From: Spirochaetia bacterium UBA2205
Lineage (GTDB): Bacteria; Spirochaetota; UBA4802; UB4802
DNA: 64,000 nucleotides
Reading direction: 5' to 3'
Assembly: GCA_002328585.1 (NCBI GenBank)
Contig: DCUV01000057.1
Coordinates: 7,679 to 71,678 of the forward strand
The notes beneath the pieces were generated by a model. It was not told the origin of the DNA. It made no database searches and saw only the letters and a program-made list of their open reading frames with translations. Of this stretch, positions 39,552 through 54,054 are shown in pieces (position 1 is the stretch's first letter; each line of letters begins with the position of its first letter). The position numbers and the translations under genes were made by a program.

Positions 39552-40530
39552 GTTCTTTTAATGTGCCTTTTTCTTCTAATATTTGTATTAGTGTATCAAC
39601 TATAAGCGGGTCAAATTGGGTGCCTTTGTTTTTTTCCAATTCTTGCTTAGCTTCATGGAGCGATAGTCCCTTTCTATATGGTCTATCGCTTAACATGGCA
39701 TCAAGGGCATCGGCAACAGCAATGATCTTAGCTTCAACAGGAATTTTATTGCCTGACAATTCATAATATCCCTGCCCATCAATCCGCTCATGATGGTACA
39801 TCACAATTGATGCAATATCCTTTAAATAATCAAGCGTTGATAATATTTTCATGCCGCGTATGGGATGACTTTCTAAAAGTAATTTTTCAGTTTCGGATAA
39901 ATTCCCATTTTTCTCGATAATTTCTATTGGTATGCCAATCTTGCCAATATCATGTGCTGCAGCAGCATGATTGAGCAATCGCATTTTTTCTTTTGGCAAG
40001 CCAAGACGTTTACCAATTGCAAGCGAGTACTGTGCCACCCGTGCAGTATGGCCACTGGTATAGGGATCTTTATCTTCCATGGCGCTTATGAGCACACTAA
40101 TGATTGCAAATACCTTTTCATCTAATTGTTTATCAAGTGATTCTTCTGGATTATTTGATCTGGTTAACAATTTCTGCATATATTTTAAAATACTATCAAA
40201 ACCATTATTATCTATAGAAAATGAATAGGTATAATTGCCCTTTTCATACTGTTTCAGAACCTTCAGCATACTTCGAGCAACAACATAATATTGTTTGTGC
40301 AAAACTTTTGTTATAATAATAAATGATATGTTGAAAATAACAATAATAACTGTAATGAAGAATACACTTTTAAGCAATAATGACAGATGATAATGATTTA
40401 AAATAAAATGATTAAATAACAGGAAAAGAACTGTTATAGTAACTATCGCAAACAGTAATATGCAATATAGCAACACTGTTACCTTTTTCATTTTCATAGT
40501 AGTATACTGTAAAAAATTTGCAATAGCCAT
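39538..40530 (-). CDS. Membrane-bound HD-GYP phosphodiesterase
   Basis: Two TMs; KDPYT.GH..RVA, HDIGKIG, HHERIDG.GY, AVADA.DAM.SDRPYR, GTQFDP; start uncertain. Confidence 0.88.
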   Translation of the reverse strand: MAIANFLQYTTMKMKKVTVLLYCILLFAIVTITVLFLLFNHFILNHYHLSLLLKSVFFITVIIVIFNISFIIITKVLHKQYYVVARSMLKVLKQYEKGNYTYSFSIDNNGFDSILKYMQKLLTRSNNPEESLDKQLDEKVFAIISVLISAMEDKDPYTSGHTARVAQYSLAIGKRLGLPKEKMRLLNHAAAAHDIGKIGIPIEIIEKNGNLSETEKLLLESHPIRGMKILSTLDYLKDIASIVMYHHERIDGQGYYELSGNKIPVEAKIIAVADALDAMLSDRPYRKGLSLHEAKQELEKNKGTQFDPLIVDTLIQILEEKGTLKELIAF

Positions 40531-40707
40531 ACGTTACACCTTATTACTTTCCATTCATAAAATAACTGTTTTTGATGAAATAAACCAAAAATAAAATTTT
40601 TTATAGGCAGGTTATTAAAATTAATATTGACGATATAAAACAGACTATTACATCTGTCTACATTCTGATACACAACATTAATAACCATACTTAAAAAGGT
40701 GGTACAA

Positions 40708-41682
40708 ATGTCAAGGATACTTTCAGGAATACAACCATCGGGTACATTGCATATAGGTAACTATTTTGCCATGATGAAACCCATGATCGAATTGCAATAT
40801 AACAATGAACTTTTCTGCTTTATTGTTAACTACCATGCATTAACCAGCATTCACGACCCCCGCCTGTTGGCACACAATACATTAAATGCTGCTATGGATT
40901 TTATTGCTCTTGGGCTGGACCCTGATAAAGCACATTTCTGGGTGCAGGCTGATATCCCTGAGGTTACTGAATTATCATGGATACTATCATGCCACACCGG
41001 CATGGGGCTTCTTGAACGAAGTCATAGCTATAAGGATAAGATTGCAAAAGGAATTATCCCCAATGCCGGACTTTTTACCTATCCTGTACTGATGGCTGCT
41101 GATATTCTTTTATTCAATGCAGAGTTAGTCCCGGTTGGCAAGGATCAAAAACAACATCTTGAGATAACAAGGGATATTGCACAGCACTTTAATCAGATGT
41201 ATGGTGAAATCTTTGTTATACCCGAAGCAATGATTCCTGAGGATATTGCGGTGATACCAGGTATTGATGGACAGAAGATGTCAAAAAGCTATAACAATAC
41301 CATCAATATATTTGAAGATGAAACCACCCTTAAAAAGAAGGTAATGCGAATAGTTACCGACTCACAACCATTAGAAGTTCCTAAAAATCCAGATACCTGT
41401 AATCTATTTGCTTTGTATAAACTTTTTGCTGAACCTGAAAAAACACAAATACTTAGAGAACGGTACCTGAAGGGTGGCATAGGATATGGTGAAGTAAAAA
41501 AAGAGCTTTTTGCAATGATATGGGAATACTTTGCACCATTTAGAGCAAAACGGGAATTGCTTGAAAATAACAAACATGACATAGCATCCATATTAAAAAA
41601 AGGAGCAGAAAAAACCCGTCCACTGGCTATAGAAACCATTAAACGGGTTAAAGAAGCCACGGGATTAAAATATTTAATATAA
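40708..41682 (+). CDS. trpS: Tryptophan--tRNA ligase
   Basis: SGIQPSG.LHIGNY, YPVLMAADIL, VPVGKDQ.QH, KMSKS. Confidence 0.97.
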   Translation: MSRILSGIQPSGTLHIGNYFAMMKPMIELQYNNELFCFIVNYHALTSIHDPRLLAHNTLNAAMDFIALGLDPDKAHFWVQADIPEVTELSWILSCHTGMGLLERSHSYKDKIAKGIIPNAGLFTYPVLMAADILLFNAELVPVGKDQKQHLEITRDIAQHFNQMYGEIFVIPEAMIPEDIAVIPGIDGQKMSKSYNNTINIFEDETTLKKKVMRIVTDSQPLEVPKNPDTCNLFALYKLFAEPEKTQILRERYLKGGIGYGEVKKELFAMIWEYFAPFRAKRELLENNKHDIASILKKGAEKTRPLAIETIKRVKEATGLKYLI

Positions 41683-41702
41683 AAATATTAATCCTTTATA
41701 TG

Positions 41703-43109
41703 CTATTGTTTTTCACTTTTTTTTATAACTACAAATTTATGGATTCCTCCACGCTTTACCAGTAAAAGCAACGTCTCTTTATTTTGATAGTGTGCTAATA
41801 GCTCATTATAGCGTGACACATTTTCTACCGGCGTGTTTTCAATCTCTTTGATAATGTCACCAACCATCATCCCTGCCTCATAAGCTGGACCATCTTCATT
41901 AACCTCCATGACTATAACACCTGTTGTATCGGTTATCCTGAATTTATATGCATTCTCTTCGGTTATATCACCAACACGCAGCCCAATTATGTCAAGTTCC
42001 ACTGCTTTTTCTTCCATAGCTTGTTGTTGAGGGAGTTCTGCAATGATAACATCAACATCCATCTCTTTGCCTGCTCTAAAAATTTTAACTTTTGCTGTAG
42101 AGCCAGGCTTTAAAGCAGCAACATTACGGCGCAATTGATTTATATCCGAAACTGTTGTGCCATTGACAGAAACAATAATATCACCAATTTCAAGATTAGC
42201 GTTTTTTGCAGGTGAATTGTTCATAACATCGGCAACGACAACTCCCTGCTTTCCTTCATATTTAAAATTTTTAGCAATTTCAGGAGTAATGTTTTGAATA
42301 TACACACCCAACCAGCCTCGCGTTACCTTACCTTTTTGTATCAGTTCATCTACAACCTGTTTTACCATGTTTGACGGTATGGCAAACCCTATACCCATGT
42401 AACCCCCATTACGACTGAATATTGCTGTATTTATACCTATGAGTTTGCCTGTAACATTAATAAGAGCTCCTCCAGAATTTCCCGGATTTATTGCAGCATC
42501 AGTTTGAATAAAATATTCATAATCGGCAAGCCCAAAACCTTCTCTGCCTGTTGCACTGATAATTCCCATCGTTACCGTATGCCCAAATCCAAAAGGGTTG
42601 CCTATAGCAATGGCAATCTCTCCAACCTTTAATGTGTCTGAATCAGCCATTTCAGCAACAGGAATGTCTCCGGGAACAGTTCCCTGTATTTTTATTACAG
42701 CAATGTCAGTGGCAGGGTCAGAGCCTATGAGCTGACATGGGAATGTACGCTTATCAAATAAAGTAACAGTTATTGATTTTGTGTTTTTTACGACATGGTT
42801 ATTAGTTACTATATACCCTCGTTTATCAATAATAACACCTGAACCAACTGCTTTAGCTTCTCTTGGCATAGGAAATGGCATGGGCATCTTTCTGGCATCA
42901 CGTGGCGAACCCATTTTTTTCTCGGCAGATATACTTACTACTGTTGGAATTGCTTTATTGGTTATCTTCACCAATTGTTCATTGAATATATTTAAATCAG
43001 CAATCGATGTTATTTGCTTCGTTTTTTTGGTTGCGTTTTTTGCATCAACAGTAACTATCGCACATAAAATAATGACACAAACTGTTATAACATGAAATTT
43101 CATTTTCAT
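41703..43109 (-). CDS. degP: DegP/DegQ (HtrA) serine protease with two PDZ domains
   Basis: Signal peptide, GSGVII, TNNHV, D.AV, IQTDAAINPGNSGG, RGWLGV. Confidence 0.95.
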   Translation of the reverse strand: MKMKFHVITVCVIILCAIVTVDAKNATKKTKQITSIADLNIFNEQLVKITNKAIPTVVSISAEKKMGSPRDARKMPMPFPMPREAKAVGSGVIIDKRGYIVTNNHVVKNTKSITVTLFDKRTFPCQLIGSDPATDIAVIKIQGTVPGDIPVAEMADSDTLKVGEIAIAIGNPFGFGHTVTMGIISATGREGFGLADYEYFIQTDAAINPGNSGGALINVTGKLIGINTAIFSRNGGYMGIGFAIPSNMVKQVVDELIQKGKVTRGWLGVYIQNITPEIAKNFKYEGKQGVVVADVMNNSPAKNANLEIGDIIVSVNGTTVSDINQLRRNVAALKPGSTAKVKIFRAGKEMDVDVIIAELPQQQAMEEKAVELDIIGLRVGDITEENAYKFRITDTTGVIVMEVNEDGPAYEAGMMVGDIIKEIENTPVENVSRYNELLAHYQNKETLLLLVKRGGIHKFVVIKKSEKQ

Positions 43110-43450
43110 AATGTATTCCTTGTAATGAAAAAAATATTTTTATTGCATTCAGGGTATATGTATCCAATTTCTTTAACACTGCATGGTAACGTTATACCAT
43201 TGTTTGGTGCAGTATTAATAGCAATAACTATTGTTATACCTTTATTTTTTTATAATCATACTATCATTGTTGTCAAGTCATTTAGCTTTGAGGTTTTAAT
43301 TTAATTAATCTTTATCATTAGTACCATGAATACCACCAGTGTTTTATTTTTTTCTATATCTATATAATGCTATATTATATAGAAGATGACAATGGCTGGC
43401 TTATGACCGCTCAAAAGAAACGAAAATATTTGGCGATAGTTTTCCTATAA

Positions 43451-43595
43451 TCGTGGTTCAGTATCTAACGTTACATTTCCGGATTCCGGGTCAAGCCCGG
43501 AATGATAATGGTACGGAGTATTATTCTAAGCGTTAGCGAAGAATCTCAATAGTGTGAGGAGATTTTCTTTGGACACTGTGCGCCCTCAGAATAAC
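43451..43595. repeat. REP cluster (family B plus family A)
   Basis: GGATTCCGGGTCAAGCCCGGAATGA (43481-43505); AGCGTTAGCGAAGAATCTC...GAGATT...CTCAGAATAAC. Confidence 0.8.
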
Positions 43596-43701
43596 AATGC
43601 GTGCAGATTATTTTTTCAGTTGCGTCTTTTTATTTAAAAATGATAAGAGTGCATATTATTATTTTCAGCGGATTTCAGTGGACATGAATTGAAATAATAT
43701 C

Positions 43702-44736
43702 ATGGATTACAGTATGCAAAAGATTTATTCACTTATTGTTATAGTAGTAATGATTGGTGTACAGCTATTACTGTCATGCTCACATCAACAACGCTATAGT
43801 CTGTCACAAATGGCAATGGGTACTATAGTAACTGTCACTGTTGACGCTCCATCGCATGAAAAAGCACACAATGCAATACAAGCAGCATTTGACAAAATCA
43901 AGCAGATTGAAGCTGTGATGAGCCCCTATAAACCGGACAGCGATGTTTCAAAAATAAATGCAAATAGTAAAACCCATGTAAGCAAAGACACCTTCACTGT
44001 CATTGAACAATCCATGGAACTATCGCACAAAACAAATGGGCTTTTTGACATAACCTTTGCATCAATAGGTAAATTATGGAACATACAATCGCCAAACTTT
44101 ATTCCTCCATCACCACAAACTATCAATACCTATAAGCCGTGCATAGGATATCAACTAATTCATCTCCATCCGGAAAATCTTGAGGTCATCAAAGAAAAGC
44201 CCTGCATACAAATTGGTCTTGGTGGCATAGCAAAAGGATATGCAATAGAGCAGGCAATTGCAACATTGCAAAATATGGGTATCAAAGAAGCTATTGTTGA
44301 AGCTGGCGGCGACCTTAAAGTTATTGGCAATAATTACAGGTATGGCTACACAATTGGCATAAGGCATCCACGTAAGGAAGGAATTTGCGGAACAGTACTG
44401 CTGTTCAATGGACAGTCTATTACTACAAGCGGCGACTACGAACGCTTTGCAATCTATAAGGGTAAACACTACCACCATATACTCAATCCTAAAACGGGCT
44501 ATCCAGCCACAAGTGATATCATCTCTGTTTCGGTGATTGCCAGCAATGCTACGGTATGTGATGGATATGCAACTGCTTTATTTATCATGGGGTCAGAGCA
44601 AGCAATTTCGTTTTTGTTGCACAATGCATCGTTACAACTCCAATGCATTATTATTGACACATCAACGAAAATATATGTATCAAAAAGTTTGGTGCCTTGC
44701 ACTTCGTTCGCAGGGTATACTGTGGTTCCTTTTTAG
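43702..44736 (+). CDS. apbE: FAD:protein FMN transferase lipoprotein
   Basis: Lipobox LLSC, AMGT, G.FDIT, LGGIAKGY, AGGD, TTSGDYER, YHHILNP.TG.P, D..ATALF. Confidence 0.95.
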   Translation: MDYSMQKIYSLIVIVVMIGVQLLLSCSHQQRYSLSQMAMGTIVTVTVDAPSHEKAHNAIQAAFDKIKQIEAVMSPYKPDSDVSKINANSKTHVSKDTFTVIEQSMELSHKTNGLFDITFASIGKLWNIQSPNFIPPSPQTINTYKPCIGYQLIHLHPENLEVIKEKPCIQIGLGGIAKGYAIEQAIATLQNMGIKEAIVEAGGDLKVIGNNYRYGYTIGIRHPRKEGICGTVLLFNGQSITTSGDYERFAIYKGKHYHHILNPKTGYPATSDIISVSVIASNATVCDGYATALFIMGSEQAISFLLHNASLQLQCIIIDTSTKIYVSKSLVPCTSFAGYTVVPF

Positions 44737-44868
44737 TTTATTATTTTTGGCGATAGTTACTGACCATCAATCAAGTTGCCAAAAAATATATCCTTTCCAA
44801 TGACAAAATAGTTGCAATTCTTAATTGTTTATGATTGATTAACAGTGTGGAAATGGTAAAACTTTTTA

Positions 44869-45768
44869 ATGAGGATGACTATGGAACTTTCTGAATATGC
44901 CGGGCAATCAACAAGAATCAATGACTTCTATATTCATGTATCTGATGGAATGCAACTCTATTGCATAGATTTTGTTCCAAAACATGACAATGTATCAAAA
45001 CCAATAATTTTTTTTGTAGCAGGATGGCTTTCCCATATATCTGGCTGGAAAGATGTTTTACGTTCATTGACCGATGAATACCATTTAATATATATTGAAA
45101 CGAGGGAAAAAATTTCTTCAAAAATACCTGGTGATAAATCATGCACAGATTTTTCTTTCAACGTCATGAGAATGGTTGTTGATCTTCATGAAGTAATACA
45201 ACAGATAATACCTAAAAAAAGAACATTCGTTATGGCAGGCAGCTCATTGGGTTCTTCTGTAATTTTAGAATATCTGGCAATGCGAACACGTCAACCTGAA
45301 TGTGCACTTCTCATTTCACCAATCCCTGTATTCAGATTTCCTCCCATATTAGGTGATATCGTTCCCAATTTGCCCCCATCATGGTATAACGTGTTAAAAA
45401 AATTAGTTATATGGTATTTAAAAACTTTTAGATTAAATACCAAAAAAGAAAAAGAACAGCTTATCAAATATACCAATACCATTAATGCTGCTGATCCGTA
45501 TAAACTTAAACCCAATGCACTATCATTGAAAAATTATAATCTATGGGATAAACTTTCCTTTATTGAAACGCCATGTTATATATTTGGTGCAAAAACAGAC
45601 ACATTACATGCTACTGAAGACATAAAACGATTGCTGCAGGAAATACATCATGCTGACTACATAGAATGTGAGAGCAATAAAGAAACTCATAGCGCAATTG
45701 TTGCCTCTTATTTCATAAATATCCTTAAAAACAAGCTGTATAAAAAAATAAAAGCTAAAAAGACTTAA
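44869..45768 (+). CDS. Alpha/beta-fold hydrolase
   Basis: FVAGW, GSSLG nucleophile elbow, G..TD, C-terminal His. Confidence 0.8.
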   Translation: MRMTMELSEYAGQSTRINDFYIHVSDGMQLYCIDFVPKHDNVSKPIIFFVAGWLSHISGWKDVLRSLTDEYHLIYIETREKISSKIPGDKSCTDFSFNVMRMVVDLHEVIQQIIPKKRTFVMAGSSLGSSVILEYLAMRTRQPECALLISPIPVFRFPPILGDIVPNLPPSWYNVLKKLVIWYLKTFRLNTKKEKEQLIKYTNTINAADPYKLKPNALSLKNYNLWDKLSFIETPCYIFGAKTDTLHATEDIKRLLQEIHHADYIECESNKETHSAIVASYFINILKNKLYKKIKAKKT

Positions 45769-45833
45769 CTTTACTTGATTTTTTTCTATATTCATTTTAT
45801 ATTGAATACAAATCAGGTAATAAAGGAATTAAG

Positions 45834-46322
45834 ATGTCATTATGCAAAGTTGACATAGTTACTATTGTTCTGGATGAAGAAAGCAATACACCTATAGTTG
45901 TTCTCCAAGACAATGAAACGGGGAACATACTGCCCATTATGATTGCTCCTTTAGAAGCAAGCCTTATTGCCATTGAGCTTGAAGGCAAAAAACCAATCCG
46001 TCCTTTAACACACGACCTTATTATAACAATGCTTCATACATTTCATTATTCTCTTGAATCAGTAGTAATTGATGATTTAAAAGATAACATTTATTTTGCA
46101 AAGCTTAATTTAGTTGCTCCAGATAGTTCTGAAATGATAATTGATTGTCGCCCCAGTGATGCTATGGCAATTGCATTAAGAGCAAAAGCTCCAATTTATG
46201 TCAAAAAGAAAGTATTTGCAATAGCTCAGGGATTAGATAATCTTTCACAGATAGATAAAGAAACAATGAAAGAAGTCCTTGAAGATATTGACATAGACGA
46301 TGTTGGCGGTAAAATCATGTAA
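45834..46322 (+). CDS. Bifunctional nuclease family protein (DUF151)
   Basis: PIVVL, LPI.I...EA, RPLTHDL, D.RPSDA.A.ALR..APIY. Confidence 0.92.
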   Translation: MSLCKVDIVTIVLDEESNTPIVVLQDNETGNILPIMIAPLEASLIAIELEGKKPIRPLTHDLIITMLHTFHYSLESVVIDDLKDNIYFAKLNLVAPDSSEMIIDCRPSDAMAIALRAKAPIYVKKKVFAIAQGLDNLSQIDKETMKEVLEDIDIDDVGGKIM

Positions 46323-46346
46323 ATATTTTTTATTAGCAGAGGCTCT

Positions 46347-48194
46347 ATGTACACCGAAAAAAGCATATCATCATTGCATAATATTATCCGTGATCTTACC
46401 GAAATAGATTCCCGCCTGAACGAATATATTGATACAACCATGTGGATAAGCGACCCTCACGGTGCTGGAGATAGATTTGTGTCAATATTAAAAGGACGTT
46501 TTGGCCTGGTATGGCGTATATGTTATGAAGCATTACCCAAAACATTTTCAAAAGAGAAGATATACTATTTAGGCAGGATTATTCGCAAAGAACGTTATTT
46601 TGAAGATGATGTTTATAGGTTAGACCGTCAGGATATAATCTCCTCGCTTATAAGAATCATCCAATACCGTGTTCAAAATGTTCGTGATTTTGATGAAATC
46701 CGTATTAATATAAATAAAGACCTTAAACATGTTCTTGAGAACCTTATATTAAACTATCCCGTTCCAGATATAATTTATGAAAATGAATTAATAGCAGATA
46801 AAATCATCAGCTCACTGTGTAAAATTGTAAAACAGGTTATATTAGGACATTTAATTGTACTTGGCGATGTATTTGACAGGGGAGATGAACCTGATATGAT
46901 AATAAGAATTCTTAATCAAAAAGACATAAAGCGATATCTTACATTTATCTGGGGTAATCATGATATATTATGGATGGGTGCATCTGCTGGAAATCAATCA
47001 CTTATTGCTGAAGCTTTGCGCATCACTACCCGTTACGATAATCTTGATTTTCTTGAACGAATTGGTATAAATATTTCCAAATTAAAAAATTTTGCACTAT
47101 CTACATATTCCGGTGAAATTACTGGTAATTTTAAAGCAAAACAAGATGCATCTCGAAGAATGGAAAAAGCACTATCTATAATTCAGTTTAAACTTGAAGA
47201 GCAAACTATACGCAACAATCCTGAGTTCAATATGGAATCACGGCTATGGCTTAATAAATTAGCTGAGATGTTAAAAAACAACAATACTGATGGACTTACT
47301 GATACACATTTCCCAACAATTGATTTAAATGATCCCACAAAACTTTCACCAGAAGAAGAAGATGTTATTAATGATCTATCATATCAATTTGCAATCAGTA
47401 AAAAGATTCGTTATCTTATGGAATTTTTATTTGAACATGGGAAACTATACCATATCCATAATTATATACTCAATATTCACGCATTGATACCCAGCACAGC
47501 AGATGGTGATTTTGAAGAATTTTCAGGGTACAAGGGGAAAGAATTATTAGACTATTTACAACATCGCATTAAAACAATAGGAAAGAATTATTTAGAAGGT
47601 AAATTACAGGATCCCAGAGATTTAGCTCTGATGTTCTATTTATGGTGTGGATCAAAATCACCATTTTTTGGTAAAAATGCAATGACAACATTTGAACGTT
47701 ATTATCTTGTTGATAAAACAAAACATAAAGAAAAATTATTATATTGGGGTGAGAATCTATTAAAAAATGAATTTATGGATAAAATAATGCATGAATTTGG
47801 CGTTGAACGAATAGTATATGGCCATACCCCAGTTGATATTCGTAAAGGTGAGAAAATTGCTTCACCAGATGGCAGAGCTATCAATATAGATGGTGGTTTT
47901 TCTGATGCATACTTAAATAGAGGGCATGCTCTCATTCAGACTCCATATTCATTATATGCAATAATTTTACCTACTCCCGAAGAAATAATTCATGCACGTC
48001 AAAAAAAAGAACCAGTTAATTTACAGGTTGAAACAATAGATAACTTTGAAACACCATTACAGGTAAGGGATACTTACGCCGGGAAACTTCTTATTGAAGA
48101 AAGGAATAAATTATATAATAAATTATTAGAATATACTGACCACTATTTAATGACATCTGATAAGGAGAAAAAAACAAATTATACACTGGTATAA
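46347..48194 (+). CDS. fbp: Class III fructose-1,6-bisphosphatase (metallophosphoesterase fold)
   Basis: SDPHG, LGDVFDRG, WGNHD.LWMGA, IIQFKLE, FPTI, YLWCG.KSP.FGK..M.TFERY, GHTPV, IDGGFS.AY. Confidence 0.88.
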   Translation: MYTEKSISSLHNIIRDLTEIDSRLNEYIDTTMWISDPHGAGDRFVSILKGRFGLVWRICYEALPKTFSKEKIYYLGRIIRKERYFEDDVYRLDRQDIISSLIRIIQYRVQNVRDFDEIRININKDLKHVLENLILNYPVPDIIYENELIADKIISSLCKIVKQVILGHLIVLGDVFDRGDEPDMIIRILNQKDIKRYLTFIWGNHDILWMGASAGNQSLIAEALRITTRYDNLDFLERIGINISKLKNFALSTYSGEITGNFKAKQDASRRMEKALSIIQFKLEEQTIRNNPEFNMESRLWLNKLAEMLKNNNTDGLTDTHFPTIDLNDPTKLSPEEEDVINDLSYQFAISKKIRYLMEFLFEHGKLYHIHNYILNIHALIPSTADGDFEEFSGYKGKELLDYLQHRIKTIGKNYLEGKLQDPRDLALMFYLWCGSKSPFFGKNAMTTFERYYLVDKTKHKEKLLYWGENLLKNEFMDKIMHEFGVERIVYGHTPVDIRKGEKIASPDGRAINIDGGFSDAYLNRGHALIQTPYSLYAIILPTPEEIIHARQKKEPVNLQVETIDNFETPLQVRDTYAGKLLIEERNKLYNKLLEYTDHYLMTSDKEKKTNYTLV

Positions 48195-48199
48195 AACAC

Positions 48200-48223
48200 A
48201 ACTGGCAGGTTATCCTGCCAGTT
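48200..48223. terminator. Terminator between fbp and the atp operon
   Basis: AACTGGCAGG-ttat-CCTGCCAGTT followed by T-rich tract. Confidence 0.8.
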
Positions 48224-48231
48224 TTATTTTT

Positions 48232-48630
48232 TTACTTTTTTGCAATCTGTAAACGCGCTTTTAACTTTTTTAATTCAATATCGATTGTTAAACGTTCTGC
48301 ATATCCTTCTGGCCTTGGCAAAGCTGATATTTCTTTAATCTTTGCCTCTAACACATCAGCCTTTAACTCCTGCTTTATTGCGGCTTCTTGAGCTAAAATG
48401 ATCAGTGAATTGTTTTTAATTTCTACAAATCCACCATCTACATAAAAATATTCTGTGTTATCACCTGTACGTAATCGTATCTCACCAGTACCTAATTCTG
48501 ATATTAATGGAGCATGATTATACAAAAATCCCATCTCACCATCATACGCCTGTACTACTGCAAAATCAATCTGCCCTTCATATATCTGACGTTCTGGCGT
48601 TAATACATTACAATTTAATTTCAATGCCAT
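48232..48630 (-). CDS. atpC: ATP synthase epsilon subunit
   Basis: VLTPE, GEMG.L..HAP, GGFVE. Confidence 0.95.
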   Translation of the reverse strand: MALKLNCNVLTPERQIYEGQIDFAVVQAYDGEMGFLYNHAPLISELGTGEIRLRTGDNTEYFYVDGGFVEIKNNSLIILAQEAAIKQELKADVLEAKIKEISALPRPEGYAERLTIDIELKKLKARLQIAKK

Positions 48631-48651
48631 AGCATTATCCTCTAAACGATA

Positions 48652-50079
<1,428 letters not shown>

Positions 50080-50110
50080 TCATGAATAAAATATTATATA
50101 TCATCTACCC

Positions 50111-50995
50111 TTATTCAAGGGCTGCAGCACCACCTACTATTTCAGAGATTTCCTTAGTAATCTTAGCCTGACGGGCTCTATTATAAGTAATTGTTAAATC
50201 TCTTACCATTTCTTTTGCTGCATCAGTTGCATTCTTCATTGCTACTCGCCTTGCAAAGTTTTCTGAAAATCCAGTTTCTAAAACAGCAGCGTAAAGTTTC
50301 ATTTTAATATATAACGGTAACAATGAAGAAAATATCTTATACGGATTAGGTTCAAAAATATATTCTACATGGAACTCTTCAACACTTTCCTGTATTGCAC
50401 CACCTTCAGGTTTTAATGGTAACAAGCGCGAAATTACAGCTTTTTGTGTTGATCGAGTCATGATTTTGGTATATGAAACATATACTTCATCAACTTCACC
50501 GGTAACAAAAAGATTTATAAGTTCCTCACCTAATTTTGATGCATCATCAAATTTAAATTTATCTTCAGGATTTAATACAGATTTAAACATTGGTTCCTTA
50601 ATAAATCTTAAATAATTTGTTCCTTTTTTGCCTATTGAATAGACTAAAACTTCTTTGCCTTCCTCAATTGTTAGTTTACTTTTAAAACCAATAGTGTTTT
50701 CAATAATCCGTGTATTAAAACCACCACATAAACCTCTGTTACCAGTAATCATAAGAATTAATATTCTATTGGGATCCGGTCTTTCCTGCATCAGCGGGTC
50801 AAATACATCTTCAACGCCGGTTTGTCGCAGATGTTCTATAATGGTTTCTAACTTTTCTGCATAAGGCTTTGACATTACGATTCTATCCTGCATTTTTTTC
50901 ATCTTAGCAGTAGAAACCATTTCCATCGTTCTGGTAATCTTTTGAGTATTCTTAACAGAATTAATTCGCTTTAATATTTCTCGTTGTGTTGCCAC
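50111..50995 (-). CDS. atpG: ATP synthase gamma subunit
   Basis: KITRTMEMVS, RGLCGGFN, AMKNATD, RQAKIT.EI.EIVGG. Confidence 0.97.
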   Translation of the reverse strand: MATQREILKRINSVKNTQKITRTMEMVSTAKMKKMQDRIVMSKPYAEKLETIIEHLRQTGVEDVFDPLMQERPDPNRILILMITGNRGLCGGFNTRIIENTIGFKSKLTIEEGKEVLVYSIGKKGTNYLRFIKEPMFKSVLNPEDKFKFDDASKLGEELINLFVTGEVDEVYVSYTKIMTRSTQKAVISRLLPLKPEGGAIQESVEEFHVEYIFEPNPYKIFSSLLPLYIKMKLYAAVLETGFSENFARRVAMKNATDAAKEMVRDLTITYNRARQAKITKEISEIVGGAAALE

Positions 50996-51018
50996 AGCTA
51001 TTCCTCTTTTTTAGTTTA

Positions 51019-53107
<2,089 letters not shown>

Positions 53108-53148
53108 ACCAATAACCCTATTAATTAAAATTTAAGGACAGTTCAGTA

Positions 53149-53658
53149 CTACTGAACTGTCCTTATTTTTTGTAATGCCTCTTCTACAAGGGCTTTCTGA
53201 TCTTCAACTTTGAGATTCTTAGCTATAATCTTAGCTGCAATATCCGTTGATATTGTAACAACTTCAGATTGAATCTCTGCTAGCGCTTTATCTTTTGCAA
53301 GATTTATCTCCCGACGCGCTCTTTCAATAAGATCTTTGGCATCCTGATTTGCCTTTTCAACTATGGAATTTCTTAATTTTTCCGCATCAGCCTTACCTTC
53401 AGCGATGATACTTGTAGCCTCTTCTTTTGCCTTATCCATCATTGCTTTATGTTCAGCAAATAGCCTTTCAGCTTCAAGACGGGACTTTTCCGCTGATTCG
53501 ATATCACCACGAATCTTTTCAGCTCTGGCATCAAGCGCCTCTACAATTGGCTTCCATGCGGCTTTCCATAATATCAATAACAACACTAGAAAGGTTATTA
53601 TTGTCCATAACAGGAGGCCGGGTTCAACCTTTAGCAAGCCTTCTTTTAAAACTTCCAT
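53149..53658 (-). CDS. atpF: ATP synthase b subunit
   Basis: N-terminal TM, WKPI..ALD.R, coiled coil. Confidence 0.95.
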   Translation of the reverse strand: MEVLKEGLLKVEPGLLLWTIITFLVLLLILWKAAWKPIVEALDARAEKIRGDIESAEKSRLEAERLFAEHKAMMDKAKEEATSIIAEGKADAEKLRNSIVEKANQDAKDLIERARREINLAKDKALAEIQSEVVTISTDIAAKIIAKNLKVEDQKALVEEALQKIRTVQ

Positions 53659-53680
53659 AGCGAACTACCTACAATAAAAT

Positions 53681-53965
53681 TTACTTAACTTCAGTTTGCT
53701 CTGCTTGAGGTTTCTCAACCGGCGTTGTAGCAATTGGACCTTTTGTTGCAAGCATAAAAGTTACAACGAGAGCAAAAAAAGTGAAACCTTCGATAAGAGC
53801 AGCAGCAATAATCATTGCTGTTCTTAAGTCACCACTTAATTCTGGCTGACGAGCCATACCCTCTAAAGCACCAGTAGCTAATTTACCAATACCGAGTGCC
53901 GCACCAAAAACTATCAAACCAGCTCCGAAACCTGCTGCGAGGTAAGAAAGGCCTAAATATTCCAT
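53681..53965 (-). CDS. atpE: ATP synthase c subunit (H+-type)
   Basis: GIG, ARQPE, LIEG; hydrophilic C-terminal tail. Confidence 0.96.
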   Translation of the reverse strand: MEYLGLSYLAAGFGAGLIVFGAALGIGKLATGALEGMARQPELSGDLRTAMIIAAALIEGFTFFALVVTFMLATKGPIATTPVEKPQAEQTEVK

Positions 53966-54054
53966 TGACTCCTCCTCGAAAATTTTGAATATTAAATTCT
54001 AACAATTATGTTATTGCTAAGAAATATATTGATTACCTCTTAATAATGCATTTC

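Noticed and set aside
53681-53965. Na+-translocating ATP synthase / N-ATPase
   Set aside because: The c subunit lacks Na+ ligands and the gene order is the standard BEFHAGDC
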